A stretch of DNA of 64,000 nt, taken from the NCBI GenBank assembly GCA_035708165.1, contig DASSSZ010000001.1:25772-89771 (forward strand), given 5' to 3'. The notes beneath the pieces were generated by a model, which was not told the DNA's origin, ran no database searches, and was given only the letters and a program-made list of their open reading frames with translations. The position numbers and the translations under genes were made by a program. The stretch's first letter is position 1. Each line of letters opens with the position of its first letter. Shown in pieces: positions 10,519 through 19,908 of the stretch. This DNA comes from Minisyncoccota bacterium (GTDB lineage Bacteria > Patescibacteriota > Minisyncoccia > Phycocordibacterales > UBA2100).

Positions 10519-11184
10519 ATGGCGAAGAAGACGATCTACCTTCTGCGCCACGGCCAGACGGCCTACAACCGCGCGCTGGTGCACCAGTACCACGCGGTGC
10601 CGCTCTCGCCTGCGGGCGAGCGGCAGGCGGAGCTCCTTGCTGAGCGCATCACTTCATTCGCGCCGGACATGCTCATCGCGAGCGACATCAAGCGCGCGCA
10701 GCAGACGGCTGAAGCTATCGCGCGCCAGACCGGGCTGCCGCTCATCACCGAACCCTTGTTCGAAGAGATCAAGCGCCCGACATCGCTCTACGGCAAGGCC
10801 TTCGCCGATCCGCGCTCCATCTGGGCGTTCATCGCGCTATACCTCCACGCGACGAACCTGCATTGGCACTATAGCGATGAGGAGAATTTCTCGGAATTCC
10901 GCGATCGCGCGCATCGCGCGGTCGAGTACCTCGAGCAGGTGGACGGCGAGCGCGTCGTCGTCGTGAGCCATCGCATCTTCATCGCCGGCATGCTGGCGGC
11001 CATCCAGTGCCGCTTCGCTTGCTCGATGGGCAGCTTCGTCAGGAAGAGCGTCCTTTTGCGCGGCATCGCGAACGCGAGCATCACGACGCTCACCTATGAT
11101 AGCGAGCGCGCTGATCCGTGGCAGATCGTCTCTGTCAGCGATGCGCGCCACCTCGCATCCATGAAGGCAGGCGAGACGCACTGA
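10519..11184 (+). CDS. Histidine phosphatase family protein
   Basis: LLRHGQT, SDIKRAQQTA, VVVSH, NASIT. Confidence 0.88.
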   Translation: MAKKTIYLLRHGQTAYNRALVHQYHAVPLSPAGERQAELLAERITSFAPDMLIASDIKRAQQTAEAIARQTGLPLITEPLFEEIKRPTSLYGKAFADPRSIWAFIALYLHATNLHWHYSDEENFSEFRDRAHRAVEYLEQVDGERVVVVSHRIFIAGMLAAIQCRFACSMGSFVRKSVLLRGIANASITTLTYDSERADPWQIVSVSDARHLASMKAGETH

Positions 11185-11233
11185 ATTCTGGTATCGTGAA
11201 GAGGGCAGGGCCGGCGGTATTTATTGCCAGAGC

Positions 11234-11304
11234 TGGGAGATCGTCTAATGGTAGGACAGCGCCCTTTGGAGGCGTGAATCATGGTTCGAATCCATGTCTC
11301 CCAG
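11234..11304 (+). tRNA. tRNA-Gln(TTG)
   Basis: Cloverleaf TGGGAGA/TCTCCCA, anticodon loop CTTTGGA, GTTCGAATC T-loop; CCA not encoded. Confidence 0.93.
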
Positions 11305-11324
11305 CTCTGCCAGGAAATAGCCGA

Positions 11325-11368
11325 TAGGGCTTTTGATGCGTGAATTAAGTTCGAATCCATGTTCCTCG
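11325..11368 (+). pseudogene. Degenerate copy of the tRNA-Gln 3' half
   Basis: GCGTGAATtAaGTTCGAATCCATGT nearly identical to the adjacent tRNA, but stems are broken. Confidence 0.55.
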
Positions 11369-11474
11369 CACGCCATACATGCCTCGCTCGATCGCTTTTG
11401 AGATGAGGGTCGGATTCCGAGGAGCATTGCGCTAGCAACTTTTGCCTAAGAAGACGCGTGCACATACTGCTTGC

Positions 11475-11504
11475 ACATAATGTAGCACTTGTGCTACATT
11501 ATGT
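11475..11504. promoter_or_regulatory. Palindromic operator overlapping the promoter of the HTH gene
   Basis: ACATAATGTAGCAC-TT-GTGCTACATTATGT (perfect 14-bp arms) overlapping TTGCAC and TACATT boxes. Confidence 0.75.
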
Positions 11505-11507
11505 CGC

Positions 11508-11720
11508 ATGAATGCTACGGGAACGATAACCAATAGGCTGAAGGTGCTTCGAGCCGAGAAAGACATCACCCAGGCAGAGCTTGCTGCGTTAGTCGGGGTG
11601 ACGCGTTCGACCATCAATTACCTGGAGAAAAACGAGTATACCGCGTCGCTTCCATTGGCGATGCGTTTGGCCCGTTATTTCAACCAGCCGATCGAGCAGA
11701 TATTCATATTAGAAGAGTAG
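11508..11720 (+). CDS. XRE/Cro-family HTH transcriptional regulator
   Basis: NRLKVLRAEKDITQAELAALVGVTRSTINYLEKNEY...LARYF...IEQIF. Confidence 0.93.
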   Translation: MNATGTITNRLKVLRAEKDITQAELAALVGVTRSTINYLEKNEYTASLPLAMRLARYFNQPIEQIFILEE

Positions 11721-11731
11721 CAGGCACTCCT

Positions 11732-12301
11732 ATGAACAACATACTTTTTGAAAAGACCGGGATCAAATTGACCGATGCACAGGTGGGAATCCTCAGGGAT
11801 CTCTTCTGGGGCTTCGTCAAAGCGGCCGTGCTCGCCGTGCTTCTGCTCATAGCGGGCTTGGCCATGCATGCCGTGACGCTCAACTGCGTTGAAACGGTCG
11901 CCTGGGGCGCGGTCTCTGGCGCGAGTGACACTGCGCGCATCAATCAAACTCACATGGTCGCCGGTTGGATGCTTAGCATCATTGCAGCGATCTTCGTGCT
12001 CGCGTTCGTCCCGTTCATCACTCATGGGGCAACCTACCTGAGCTCGCTTCTCTCGAACCGGGATTTCCGCGAAAAGGAAATGACTGCATCGGTTGATTTC
12101 ATGGAAGATGATGAACGCGAACAGCTGATAACCATGCGTGCCACGCGACGCGCGTACATGGTGCTCAACTTCACGCTTTCGGTGTTCTGGCTTGTATCGC
12201 TGGTAACCGGCAACTTCGGTGTAGCGGTTACGCTTTTTATCGTGCAGGTCATAGGCGCGCTCAGCTATCGCCAGCGCGCACGCAGTTCGAGCAACGAATA
12301 A
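11732..12301 (+). CDS. Membrane protein, DUF2178/DUF3169-like partner of the XRE regulator
   Basis: About four TM helices and DEREQLITMRATRRAY motif typical of small-XRE partner proteins. Confidence 0.7.
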   Translation: MNNILFEKTGIKLTDAQVGILRDLFWGFVKAAVLAVLLLIAGLAMHAVTLNCVETVAWGAVSGASDTARINQTHMVAGWMLSIIAAIFVLAFVPFITHGATYLSSLLSNRDFREKEMTASVDFMEDDEREQLITMRATRRAYMVLNFTLSVFWLVSLVTGNFGVAVTLFIVQVIGALSYRQRARSSSNE

Positions 12302-12372
12302 TCTCCTCGCAAGGATTTAGGGAGTATCCGAGTCCGAGGAGGCCGATCGGTTTGAGATAGGTTCGAACTCCG

Positions 12373-12500
12373 ATCTTTGGCGGCGGCTGGATCGCGGCAT
12401 GGCTATTCACGATCGTCTTCCTGCATCTCGATTTCCTGCAGGGCTTGCCCGCACGATCCATCGGGCAGTATTCATCGGCGTGCGCTTCTCGATGCCGTAA
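12373..12500 (+). pseudogene. Possible frameshifted remnant of a small membrane protein
   Basis: Reads WIAAWLFTIVFLHLDFLQGL then, after a 1-nt shift, FIGVRFSMP*; no start codon; family resemblance from memory only. Confidence 0.3.
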
Positions 12501-12521
12501 GCATGCTAGGATGAGCGCATC

Positions 12522-13418
12522 ATGCGGCGGCTCTTCAGTACGCCAGCGATCGTCGCGATCGTCATCGCGCTCGCGCTCGGGTATGCGATCGGCTCGCTTG
12601 GCGCGGTCGGTGACACGGCACTCTCGGGCAGCGTGCCGGCTCCGGGCAGTGTCCAGGTGCTCTACTCGCTCGATCAGAAGCAGAACGACCGCGCACTCAT
12701 CTCGCTCATCGATGGCGCGCGCGACCATATCTATTTCGCGATCTACGAATTCACGCTCGCGGACGTGGCCGATGCGCTGATACGCGCCAAGGAGCGCGGC
12801 GTGGACGTGCGGGGCATCGTGGATCGGGAGAATAGCACCGAATCGTACGAGGCGCCGATCATCGCGAAACTCGAGGCGGCTGGCATCCCGATCGAGACGC
12901 AGCAGCACGCAGGCGGCATCATGCATATCAAAGCGCTCGTCACCGATAGCGCGTACGCGAGCGGCAGCTATAACTGGACGGCATCAGCGACGGACGAGAA
13001 CGATGAGGTGCTCGAGATCGGGACCGACCCTGCGCTGCGTGCACGCTACGAGAGCATCATCAGCGGATTGCTTTCCGCGAATGCAGGGAGCACGGCCGGA
13101 GCCGCGCAGGCAGCACCGTCCGCGGCAGGGGCGATCGCGTACACGCAAGCGGGAGCGCATATCGGGGAGACCGCGAGCGTGACGGGGATGGTGCTCGATG
13201 TATACACGAGCAGCGGCGGGACGGTATTCCTTGATTACTGCCAAGACTACGACTCGTGCCCGTTCTCAGCGGTCATCTTCGCCGATGATGCGTCGCGCTT
13301 CAGCGATCTTGCGCGGCTTGAAGGCAAGACGGTCACGCTCACGGGCGCCATCAGCTCGTACCAGGGCCGTGCGGAGATCATCCTGCACGATCCTTCTCAG
13401 ATCGCTTCAATGCAGTAG
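12522..13418 (+). CDS. Membrane-anchored PLD-family (Nuc-like) nuclease with C-terminal OB fold
   Basis: N-terminal TM, single HIKALVTD...GSYNWT HKD motif, OB-like VTGMV...FSAVIF...GKTVTLTG...YQGRAEI. Confidence 0.82.
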   Translation: MRRLFSTPAIVAIVIALALGYAIGSLGAVGDTALSGSVPAPGSVQVLYSLDQKQNDRALISLIDGARDHIYFAIYEFTLADVADALIRAKERGVDVRGIVDRENSTESYEAPIIAKLEAAGIPIETQQHAGGIMHIKALVTDSAYASGSYNWTASATDENDEVLEIGTDPALRARYESIISGLLSANAGSTAGAAQAAPSAAGAIAYTQAGAHIGETASVTGMVLDVYTSSGGTVFLDYCQDYDSCPFSAVIFADDASRFSDLARLEGKTVTLTGAISSYQGRAEIILHDPSQIASMQ

Positions 13419-13427
13419 AATAGTGTC

Positions 13428-13904
13428 ATGAACCGCGTCCTTCTCTCGGCAGGCGTGCTCTTGGTCGCTCTCGGCGTGGCTATCGCAGCGCTTCTGCTCG
13501 CCGGGTCGCCGGCCGAAGCGCCGGTACCGAGCGCGCAGCGCCTTGCGGCCATCGCGTATCCGCTCTACCCGAGCCTCAGCTGGGGCGCGGAGCAGCCATC
13601 GACGCAGGCGGGGGTGAGCGGCTACGCGGTTTCCTCACGGCCTGTCGTCGGCGTCTCGGATATCGCATCGACGACGGAGGGATTCGTACGCTACTACCAA
13701 TCGAAGCTCGCAGCAGACGGGTGGAGCGTCGATAATTCGCTCGCGGCAGGCGGCCCGGGCGCTGATGTCGCGGGATACCGCAAGGGCAATGCCGTCTTCA
13801 TCTACGCGTACTCGACCGATTTCAAAGGCACGCAGCCGGGAGAGCCGGTGTCATGCCCGTGCGACGTGACATTCACGCTCTTCAGCAGCGAAGCGGCGCA
13901 CTAG
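13428..13904 (+). CDS. Hypothetical exported protein
   Basis: N-terminal hydrophobic segment; TAGAAT 6 nt before ATG. Confidence 0.7.
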   Translation: MNRVLLSAGVLLVALGVAIAALLLAGSPAEAPVPSAQRLAAIAYPLYPSLSWGAEQPSTQAGVSGYAVSSRPVVGVSDIASTTEGFVRYYQSKLAADGWSVDNSLAAGGPGADVAGYRKGNAVFIYAYSTDFKGTQPGEPVSCPCDVTFTLFSSEAAH

Positions 13905-13939
13905 CCGAGCGCGAGCGGTGCGAAGGCTCGCCGCTTCGG

Positions 13940-15643
13940 CTACTGCAGGCTCTTGGCTCCGTCGGTGATCGAGACGACCGGGATGCCTTTCTGCTTGAGA
14001 TAGTCGGCGACCGTGTTGAAATCGGAAGGCGTGATGGCGTACTGCTCGCCGCTGGTGTCCACCTGGTGAAACTCGATGATCAGCCAGACATGATCCTTCG
14101 CGGCCTCATCGATCCATGATTCGATCTGAGCCGGCGTCGTGCTATTGAGCACGACGAGCCGCGGCAGATGGTAGCGATCCGCATCAGGCGTCGCGTAGCC
14201 GGTATTCGTCGAGCGCGCATTGCCGTATTCGGCCTCGACGAGCGAGGTCGAGGTAGTGTCATACTCGCCGAACGGGTACGCGAACGAATCCACCGCTCCG
14301 ACGCCGAGCGCAAGCAGGTCCTGCTTGCTGCCGTCGATCTCCTGCTTCTGCTGCGCGGCGCTCAATTGCGTAAGGTGCGGGTGCGTCTGCGTATGCGAGC
14401 CGATCTCCATCCCATCCGCGTACATCTGCTTGATCTGCGCCTTGCTCACGAAGCCGGGATAGCCGTTATCGGCGATCTCGTGCGTGATGATATAGAACGT
14501 GCCCGTCAGCCCCAGGCTCTTCAGCTTCGGCGTCACCACCGTGTAGTGCGAGAGCCAGCCGTTATCGAACGTGAGCGTGACCGCGCCGTTCTGGAAGATG
14601 CCGCTGGCCTGGTTCTTGACGATGCTCGCGTTGTCTATGCGGAGATCGCCGTTCTGCTTGATGAGGTGGAAGACGGTGACATCGACGACATCGGAAGTGA
14701 CCACGAAGTCAGCGGAAGCCCTCGTGTAGCCGCTTGCGGCCGGAAGCACGCCGATATCCTCGTACGTATAGGTCCCGTTCGAGTGGTGGAGCTGGACCGT
14801 GAGGTAGGAGGGGACTGTCGCGGCGTACTGGTCGCTATACGTGTAGATCCCTGGCGCGAGCGAGATCGGGTCGAAGTACCACTTGGCGTCGCCGCTGCCG
14901 TAGCCTGAAACCGTCACGCGCGCGCCAGAGCCAGCAGAGCCTGCGCCCGGCACGGGGTAGGCGAATGCGGCGCTGTTCGAGCCCCAGCTCCCTTTGTGCC
15001 AATGCAGCGGCAGGCCATCGCTGCCTGCCTGCTCGAAGCCGCCATTGCGGATGAGTCCCGTGTCCGTCGCCGTGACCTGCTGCAGCGAGTAATCATCCAC
15101 CGTGAGCGAGCCGACCTGAGCGATCACGTGGAAGATCGTCACGGATCGCGCATCCAGCGGCGCGGTGAAGGTAGCCGCGAACTGCGCGTAGCCGCCGCGG
15201 CTTGCCGCCGGCTTGCCGAGCACGATATAGGTGATCGAGCCATTGGCGTGCGTGACCTGGACGTCAACCTCCGATGGCACGGTTCCCGTATAGAAATCCG
15301 AGAAGCGGTACGAGGCGCCGCCCTGGACGGCGACCTGGTCCGGGTACCATTTCGCGTCGCCATTGCCGTAGCTCGTGATCGAGACGCTCGCAGCGTCGCT
15401 GCCGCTATGGGCAGGAGCCGCGGGGTAGGCGAGCGTCCGGATATTGGTGCCGTAGCCGCCCCTATGCCAATGCGCAGGAAGGCCGCCAGTTTGGGCGGCC
15501 TCGAGCGAAGGATTCTGGATGAGGTTCGGTCCGAGCGCGGCAGCCGCCGCCCGTTGCGGCGAGGCGCTTATCAAGAGGAGCGTGCTCGCGAGCGCGAGCG
15601 CGATGCTGATAATGCCGTATCGAGCGCGTGTGCGTGGTGACAT
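13940..15643 (-). CDS. Secreted polysaccharide deacetylase (NodB/CE4) with two CBM4/9-like repeats
   Basis: Signal peptide, two NLIQNPSLE/LIRNGGFE...GDAKWY repeats, TFDNG, EIGSHTQTHPHL, FAYPFG; start uncertain. Confidence 0.87.
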   Translation of the reverse strand: MSPRTRARYGIISIALALASTLLLISASPQRAAAAALGPNLIQNPSLEAAQTGGLPAHWHRGGYGTNIRTLAYPAAPAHSGSDAASVSITSYGNGDAKWYPDQVAVQGGASYRFSDFYTGTVPSEVDVQVTHANGSITYIVLGKPAASRGGYAQFAATFTAPLDARSVTIFHVIAQVGSLTVDDYSLQQVTATDTGLIRNGGFEQAGSDGLPLHWHKGSWGSNSAAFAYPVPGAGSAGSGARVTVSGYGSGDAKWYFDPISLAPGIYTYSDQYAATVPSYLTVQLHHSNGTYTYEDIGVLPAASGYTRASADFVVTSDVVDVTVFHLIKQNGDLRIDNASIVKNQASGIFQNGAVTLTFDNGWLSHYTVVTPKLKSLGLTGTFYIITHEIADNGYPGFVSKAQIKQMYADGMEIGSHTQTHPHLTQLSAAQQKQEIDGSKQDLLALGVGAVDSFAYPFGEYDTTSTSLVEAEYGNARSTNTGYATPDADRYHLPRLVVLNSTTPAQIESWIDEAAKDHVWLIIEFHQVDTSGEQYAITPSDFNTVADYLKQKGIPVVSITDGAKSLQ

Positions 15644-15745
15644 ACGTCGCTCATGATTCATCGCGCGGCATGACTCGCGTATGAAGCGCCGTGACAGCGA
15701 CGGTGTGCCGATGAAGACGGCATGCATGCCGTGCGATCATCGCAG

Positions 15746-16246
15746 CTACTGCTCGATAACCGCTTTGCAGTGCGCATAGCCAGCCGCGCTCGGGCCTTCC
15801 GTGAGAGCCGTCTCTCCGGTGCTCCAGAAGATGAACTGCTCGCGCGCATCCGCATAGCGAGCGCCATCGGCTGAGATCGTCTGCGGCAATGTCAGCGTGC
15901 GGCCATCGGAAAGCACGAGGACGACCGTACCGTTCGCGACGGGCGGCTGTCCTGCGGCAGCCGGCGTATCCGGCCCGCGATAGAAGGATGCGGTGAGGCT
16001 CTTGCCGTCATCGCACTGATAGCGCGCCGTAGTGACGAGCGTCATGGGCACGCCGCCTGCGCGCGCGGGCGATCCTGTAGCCGCAGCACTCTTCGCCTCG
16101 GTGCTGCTCGCGTGCATCGCAGCGGTCGTGCCGGGCACGTCCGTATCCTGCTGCGGTATCGGCGCAGCACCTGAACGCCACCAGACGGCGAGGAGGAGCG
16201 CTGCGATCACGATGACCACGATGATGATCCAGGCGGTGCGGTTCAT
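15746..16246 (-). CDS. MliC-family lysozyme inhibitor domain protein
   Basis: TM anchor; YQCDDG...LPQTISADGARY...FWSTG...C. Confidence 0.82.
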   Translation of the reverse strand: MNRTAWIIIVVIVIAALLLAVWWRSGAAPIPQQDTDVPGTTAAMHASSTEAKSAAATGSPARAGGVPMTLVTTARYQCDDGKSLTASFYRGPDTPAAAGQPPVANGTVVLVLSDGRTLTLPQTISADGARYADAREQFIFWSTGETALTEGPSAAGYAHCKAVIEQ

Positions 16247-16297
16247 AGCATCAAGGAAGGGTCGTGCCCGGCCTGCGGCAGCGCCGCACCGGCACGC

Positions 16298-16450
16298 CTA
16301 CTTCAGCGGGTTCCTGCCCTGGATGAGGCGGATGAGGATCATGATGATCGCGATGACCAGCAGGAGATGGATGAATCCGCCGATCGTGTACGACGTGATG
16401 ACGCCGAGGAGCCAGAGGGCGATAAGGATGGCTGCGATAGTGAGAAGCAT
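16298..16450 (-). CDS. lmo0937/DUF5670-family small membrane protein
   Basis: MLLTIAAILIALWLLG...YTIGGFIHLLLVIAII...IQGR. Confidence 0.85.
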   Translation of the reverse strand: MLLTIAAILIALWLLGVITSYTIGGFIHLLLVIAIIMILIRLIQGRNPLK

Positions 16451-16547
16451 AGGCGTGTATTCGTGATGGGGAGTAAGTCGCTGGTAATAGAGCGTCGGTA
16501 TCTCGGAATCTGCGAATCGCGGAATCTTCATATCGCGGAATCTCGGG

Positions 16548-16841
16548 TTACGTCGCCGGCTCCCCAGAGACGAACTTGAAGAAGGTGCTCGTCTCGCCGT
16601 CGCCTTTCTCATCCTGGTAAAGGAATTCGAGCCCGCGCTCATCGAAGATCCGGAAGAACTCATCCCAACTGATCTCCTCGAGCGAATCGTCCGGCTCCTC
16701 GAAATCGATCCGCAGGATGCCGCCGCCTTCCGGGGAATCATGAGTGCTCTTCACGACCGAAGGCCGACCTCCTCGATCCTCCACCCATGCGCGGATCGTG
16801 TCGTGGTCTTTCGTGCGCTGCGCGCCGTGCTCGCTTGCCAT
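16548..16841 (-). CDS. Conserved hypothetical acidic protein (97 aa)
   Basis: DHDTIRAWVEDRGGRP...GILRIDF...ISWDEFFRIFDE...FLYQ...FFKFV, a recognisable widespread family. Confidence 0.8.
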   Translation of the reverse strand: MASEHGAQRTKDHDTIRAWVEDRGGRPSVVKSTHDSPEGGGILRIDFEEPDDSLEEISWDEFFRIFDERGLEFLYQDEKGDGETSTFFKFVSGEPAT

Positions 16842-16938
16842 ATCGCGTACTCTAGCGTGCCCGGCTGAACTCCCCATGAAGCGCGGCATTAGGCATTCAT
16901 GCAGCGATGCGCGCCGGCATGGTAGACTCACGGCACGT

Positions 16939-18138
16939 ATGGCAGAGCGGACACGAGCATCGAAGTCAATGCGCGAGAAGCACGGGGTCGGGCAGGCTGC
17001 AGATATGCTCGAAGGAGCGCTCCGGCACCGGCATATGGCGCTCGGCGCTGCGGTCATCGCGTGCGTCATCGCGGCGTGCGCCGGGATCTACTTCCTCGGG
17101 GCACTGCCGTTCTTCTCGCTCGCGTACGATGGCGGGCGGATCGACGGCATCACGGTGCAGCCGCCGCCAACGCTCGATACGCACGAGTACGATGTGCGGC
17201 AGCTCGCGCTTGCGCACATCGCGACCAGCTCGCCGTATTACGACGCGTTCCTCGAGCGGTTCGCGAGCACGACGGCGACGACCGCGGCATCGAGCAGCGT
17301 CTCTTTGGCGAAGCTCGAGTGGCCGGTCGCTGATGCGCCGTATCCTGAGTACGGGGCGCTGCTTCCGTTCCACCGGATCGTCGCCTATTACGGCAATTTC
17401 TATTCGAAGGGCATGGGCGTCCTCGGCGAGTATCCGGAGGACCAGGTCCTCACGATGCTCGAGGGCGAGGTGCAGAAATGGGAAGCGGCCGATCCCTCGA
17501 CGCCGGTCATCCCCGCGATCGACTACATCGCCGTCGCAGCGCAGGCCGGGGCGGGGAAGGATGGCAAGTACCGCGCACGGATGCCGGACGACCAGATCGA
17601 TCATGCGCTCGAGATGGCGAACCGCGTGCACGGCATCGTCATCCTCGACGTACAGGTCGGCCTCTCGACCCTCCAGGAGGAGCTGCCGGCACTCGAGAAG
17701 TACCTCGCGATGCCGAATGTCGAGCTCGCGATCGATCCCGAATTCTCGATGAAGGATGGCGTGCCGCCAGGCGATGAGATCGGCACGTTCAATGCTGCGG
17801 ACATCAACTACGCCGCGCACTACCTCGCTACGCTCGTCCAGCTGCATCACCTGCCGCCCAAGGTCCTCATCGTGCACCGCTTCACGTATGCGATGGTGAC
17901 CGGCACGAACAGCATCACGCCTCTGCCGGAGGTGCAGATCGTGATGGACATGGACGGGTGGGGGAGCCAGGCGAAGAAGATCGGCACCTATAACGCGGTG
18001 ATCAATCCGTACCCCGTGCAGTTCACCGGCATCAAGCTTTTCTACAAGAACGATCTCAAGCCGCCATCGACCGGGCTCCTCTCGACCTCCCAGGTGCTCG
18101 ACCTCACGCCAGCGCCGATCTTCATCCAGTACCAGTAG
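16939..18138 (+). CDS. Conserved hypothetical exported protein
   Basis: TM segment; RIVAYYG, LDVQVG, LAIDPEF, IVHRF, MDGWG, GIKLFY motifs; start uncertain. Confidence 0.75.
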   Translation: MAERTRASKSMREKHGVGQAADMLEGALRHRHMALGAAVIACVIAACAGIYFLGALPFFSLAYDGGRIDGITVQPPPTLDTHEYDVRQLALAHIATSSPYYDAFLERFASTTATTAASSSVSLAKLEWPVADAPYPEYGALLPFHRIVAYYGNFYSKGMGVLGEYPEDQVLTMLEGEVQKWEAADPSTPVIPAIDYIAVAAQAGAGKDGKYRARMPDDQIDHALEMANRVHGIVILDVQVGLSTLQEELPALEKYLAMPNVELAIDPEFSMKDGVPPGDEIGTFNAADINYAAHYLATLVQLHHLPPKVLIVHRFTYAMVTGTNSITPLPEVQIVMDMDGWGSQAKKIGTYNAVINPYPVQFTGIKLFYKNDLKPPSTGLLSTSQVLDLTPAPIFIQYQ

Positions 18139-18169
18139 ACAGCGCGGACGCGTGGTACACTAGGATCAT

Positions 18170-18676
18170 ATGCCGACGCGCATCCCGTTCCCGATCGTCC
18201 TCCTTGTCACCATCATCGCAGGCATCGCGGTCCTGGTGATCGGGTATGAGCGCTTCACCGTGAGGCCGGCGGCCCTCCCGCAGCCCTCGTTTTCGGCTTC
18301 GAGCACGACGGCGCACGCTGCTTCGCATCCTGCTCCCGCAGGTGCGACGGAAACGGCCCCGACGCTTGCCGGCGAGTGGCGCAGCACGGATGATCCGAAG
18401 TTCATGCGCACCATCCGTGAGGACGGCACCTTCACGGACGCGTACCAAGGAGAGCCGTCCGCGACCGCGAACGGGCAGTGGCGCATCTTCGATGCGAGCC
18501 AGGTCCGCGCCGATTTCCCGTACCCGCTCGACGCGGGGGCATCATACCTCGAGTTCGATGACGCGAGCGGCACGACGCTCTACTTCAAGATCGTCTCGCT
18601 CGCGACATCATCGCTCGCGCTCATGTACCTCGATCGCGGCAACATGCTCCTCTTCGATCGCGTAGCGGGGCAGTAG
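18170..18676 (+). CDS. Hypothetical membrane-anchored protein
   Basis: N-terminal TM, LAGEWRSTDD beta-rich domain; TACACT 8 nt before ATG. Confidence 0.72.
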   Translation: MPTRIPFPIVLLVTIIAGIAVLVIGYERFTVRPAALPQPSFSASSTTAHAASHPAPAGATETAPTLAGEWRSTDDPKFMRTIREDGTFTDAYQGEPSATANGQWRIFDASQVRADFPYPLDAGASYLEFDDASGTTLYFKIVSLATSSLALMYLDRGNMLLFDRVAGQ

Positions 18677-18677
18677 C

Positions 18678-19088
18678 ATGCGTCGCGACGAATTCGAACG
18701 GCTGGTGGAAGAAGGCTACCTGGCCATTCCCGAGCAGTATCGGGCGAAGGTGAAGAATGTCGCGTTCCTAATCGAGGATGAGCCGGACGAGGAGACCCGG
18801 CAGGAGGAAGGGCTCGCGCCCGATGAGACGCTCTTCGGGCTCTACCGCGGCGTCCCGATCAGCGCGCGCGGAGACGAGTACGGCATGGGCATGTACATGC
18901 CGGATACGATCACGATCTATCAGCAGCCTATCGAAGCGGAAGCGGCGGGCGATCCTGAGCTCATCCGTCGCATCGTCGCCGATACGGTCTGGCACGAAGT
19001 CGGCCATTACCTCGGCTTCGATGAGGACGCGATCCGCGCGAAGGAGCATGAGCGCGGGATGGACGACTACCATCCGCACGAGGATTGA
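18678..19088 (+). CDS. Zincin-like metallopeptidase family protein
   Basis: LFGLYRGVP, PDTITIYQ, TVWHEVGHYLG. Confidence 0.9.
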   Translation: MRRDEFERLVEEGYLAIPEQYRAKVKNVAFLIEDEPDEETRQEEGLAPDETLFGLYRGVPISARGDEYGMGMYMPDTITIYQQPIEAEAAGDPELIRRIVADTVWHEVGHYLGFDEDAIRAKEHERGMDDYHPHED

Positions 19089-19113
19089 ACGCACGCGATT
19101 ACGCCTGCCGGCG

Positions 19114-19473
19114 CTAGCGGCTCCTGCCGTCGACCTTCTGGATCGTAAGCGTATCAGGATCCACGCCGTCGAGGCAGCGCGCATTGACCGCGTACATCAG
19201 CGCGCCGTCCGGGCCCGGGCCGCGCGAGAAGGCGGAGACGCCGCATGTCGAGCAGAAAAGGTGCGCGAGACGCTTGGTATTGAGACGGTATTCGGTCAGA
19301 TTGCCTTCGCCGGATAGGAACGTGAACTGGCCGGCCGGGATGAAGGTGAGAAGCCAGCCCATCAGCTGGCAGTGCGAGCAGTTGCATGACATGACCGGCT
19401 GCTCGAGATCGAGCGCCGCCTCGAAGCGGACGTTTCCGCAATGACAGCCGCCCTGGTATGCCACTATCGCCAT
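19114..19473 (-). CDS. GFA family (CENP-V-like) zinc protein
   Basis: GGCHCGNVRF, CNCSHC, FCSTCG, VNARCL. Confidence 0.92.
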   Translation of the reverse strand: MAIVAYQGGCHCGNVRFEAALDLEQPVMSCNCSHCQLMGWLLTFIPAGQFTFLSGEGNLTEYRLNTKRLAHLFCSTCGVSAFSRGPGPDGALMYAVNARCLDGVDPDTLTIQKVDGRSR

Positions 19474-19518
19474 AGGCGCAGTATACCGGATGGCGGATGC
19501 GGAATGCTAGACTGTGGC

Positions 19519-19908
19519 ATGCGCGACTTCAGGCGGCGATCACGGGCTCCTGCGTACCATGGCGATGCGATCCGCACGCTCTTCCTCGCCGCAGCCGCGG
19601 GCATCCTTATCTCCATCCCGCTCTCGCCGGACGCATTCCCGCTGGGAACGCCTGCGCTCGTCTCGAGCGCGATCGCCCTTGTGATCGCTGCCGTCCTTAC
19701 TGCGCCCGGCCGCCGCGGCGTGCTCATCGCCGATTGCGGGCTCGCGGCCGCTGGATTCCTGCTCGCGGAATTCATCGCCGTGCGCGGACCCATTCTCGCG
19801 ATGCCGGGTCTCTTCCTCGCTCGCGAGGCGCTCGCGCTCGCGTTCCTGATCGCGCTCATCCTCGGCGCCGCGAGCGTGCGCGCACTGCCGCGCGCACGCG
19901 GCGACTAG
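19519..19908 (+). CDS. Hypothetical membrane protein
   Basis: About four TM helices; TGCTAGACT extended -10 just upstream. Confidence 0.65.
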   Translation: MRDFRRRSRAPAYHGDAIRTLFLAAAAGILISIPLSPDAFPLGTPALVSSAIALVIAAVLTAPGRRGVLIADCGLAAAGFLLAEFIAVRGPILAMPGLFLAREALALAFLIALILGAASVRALPRARGD

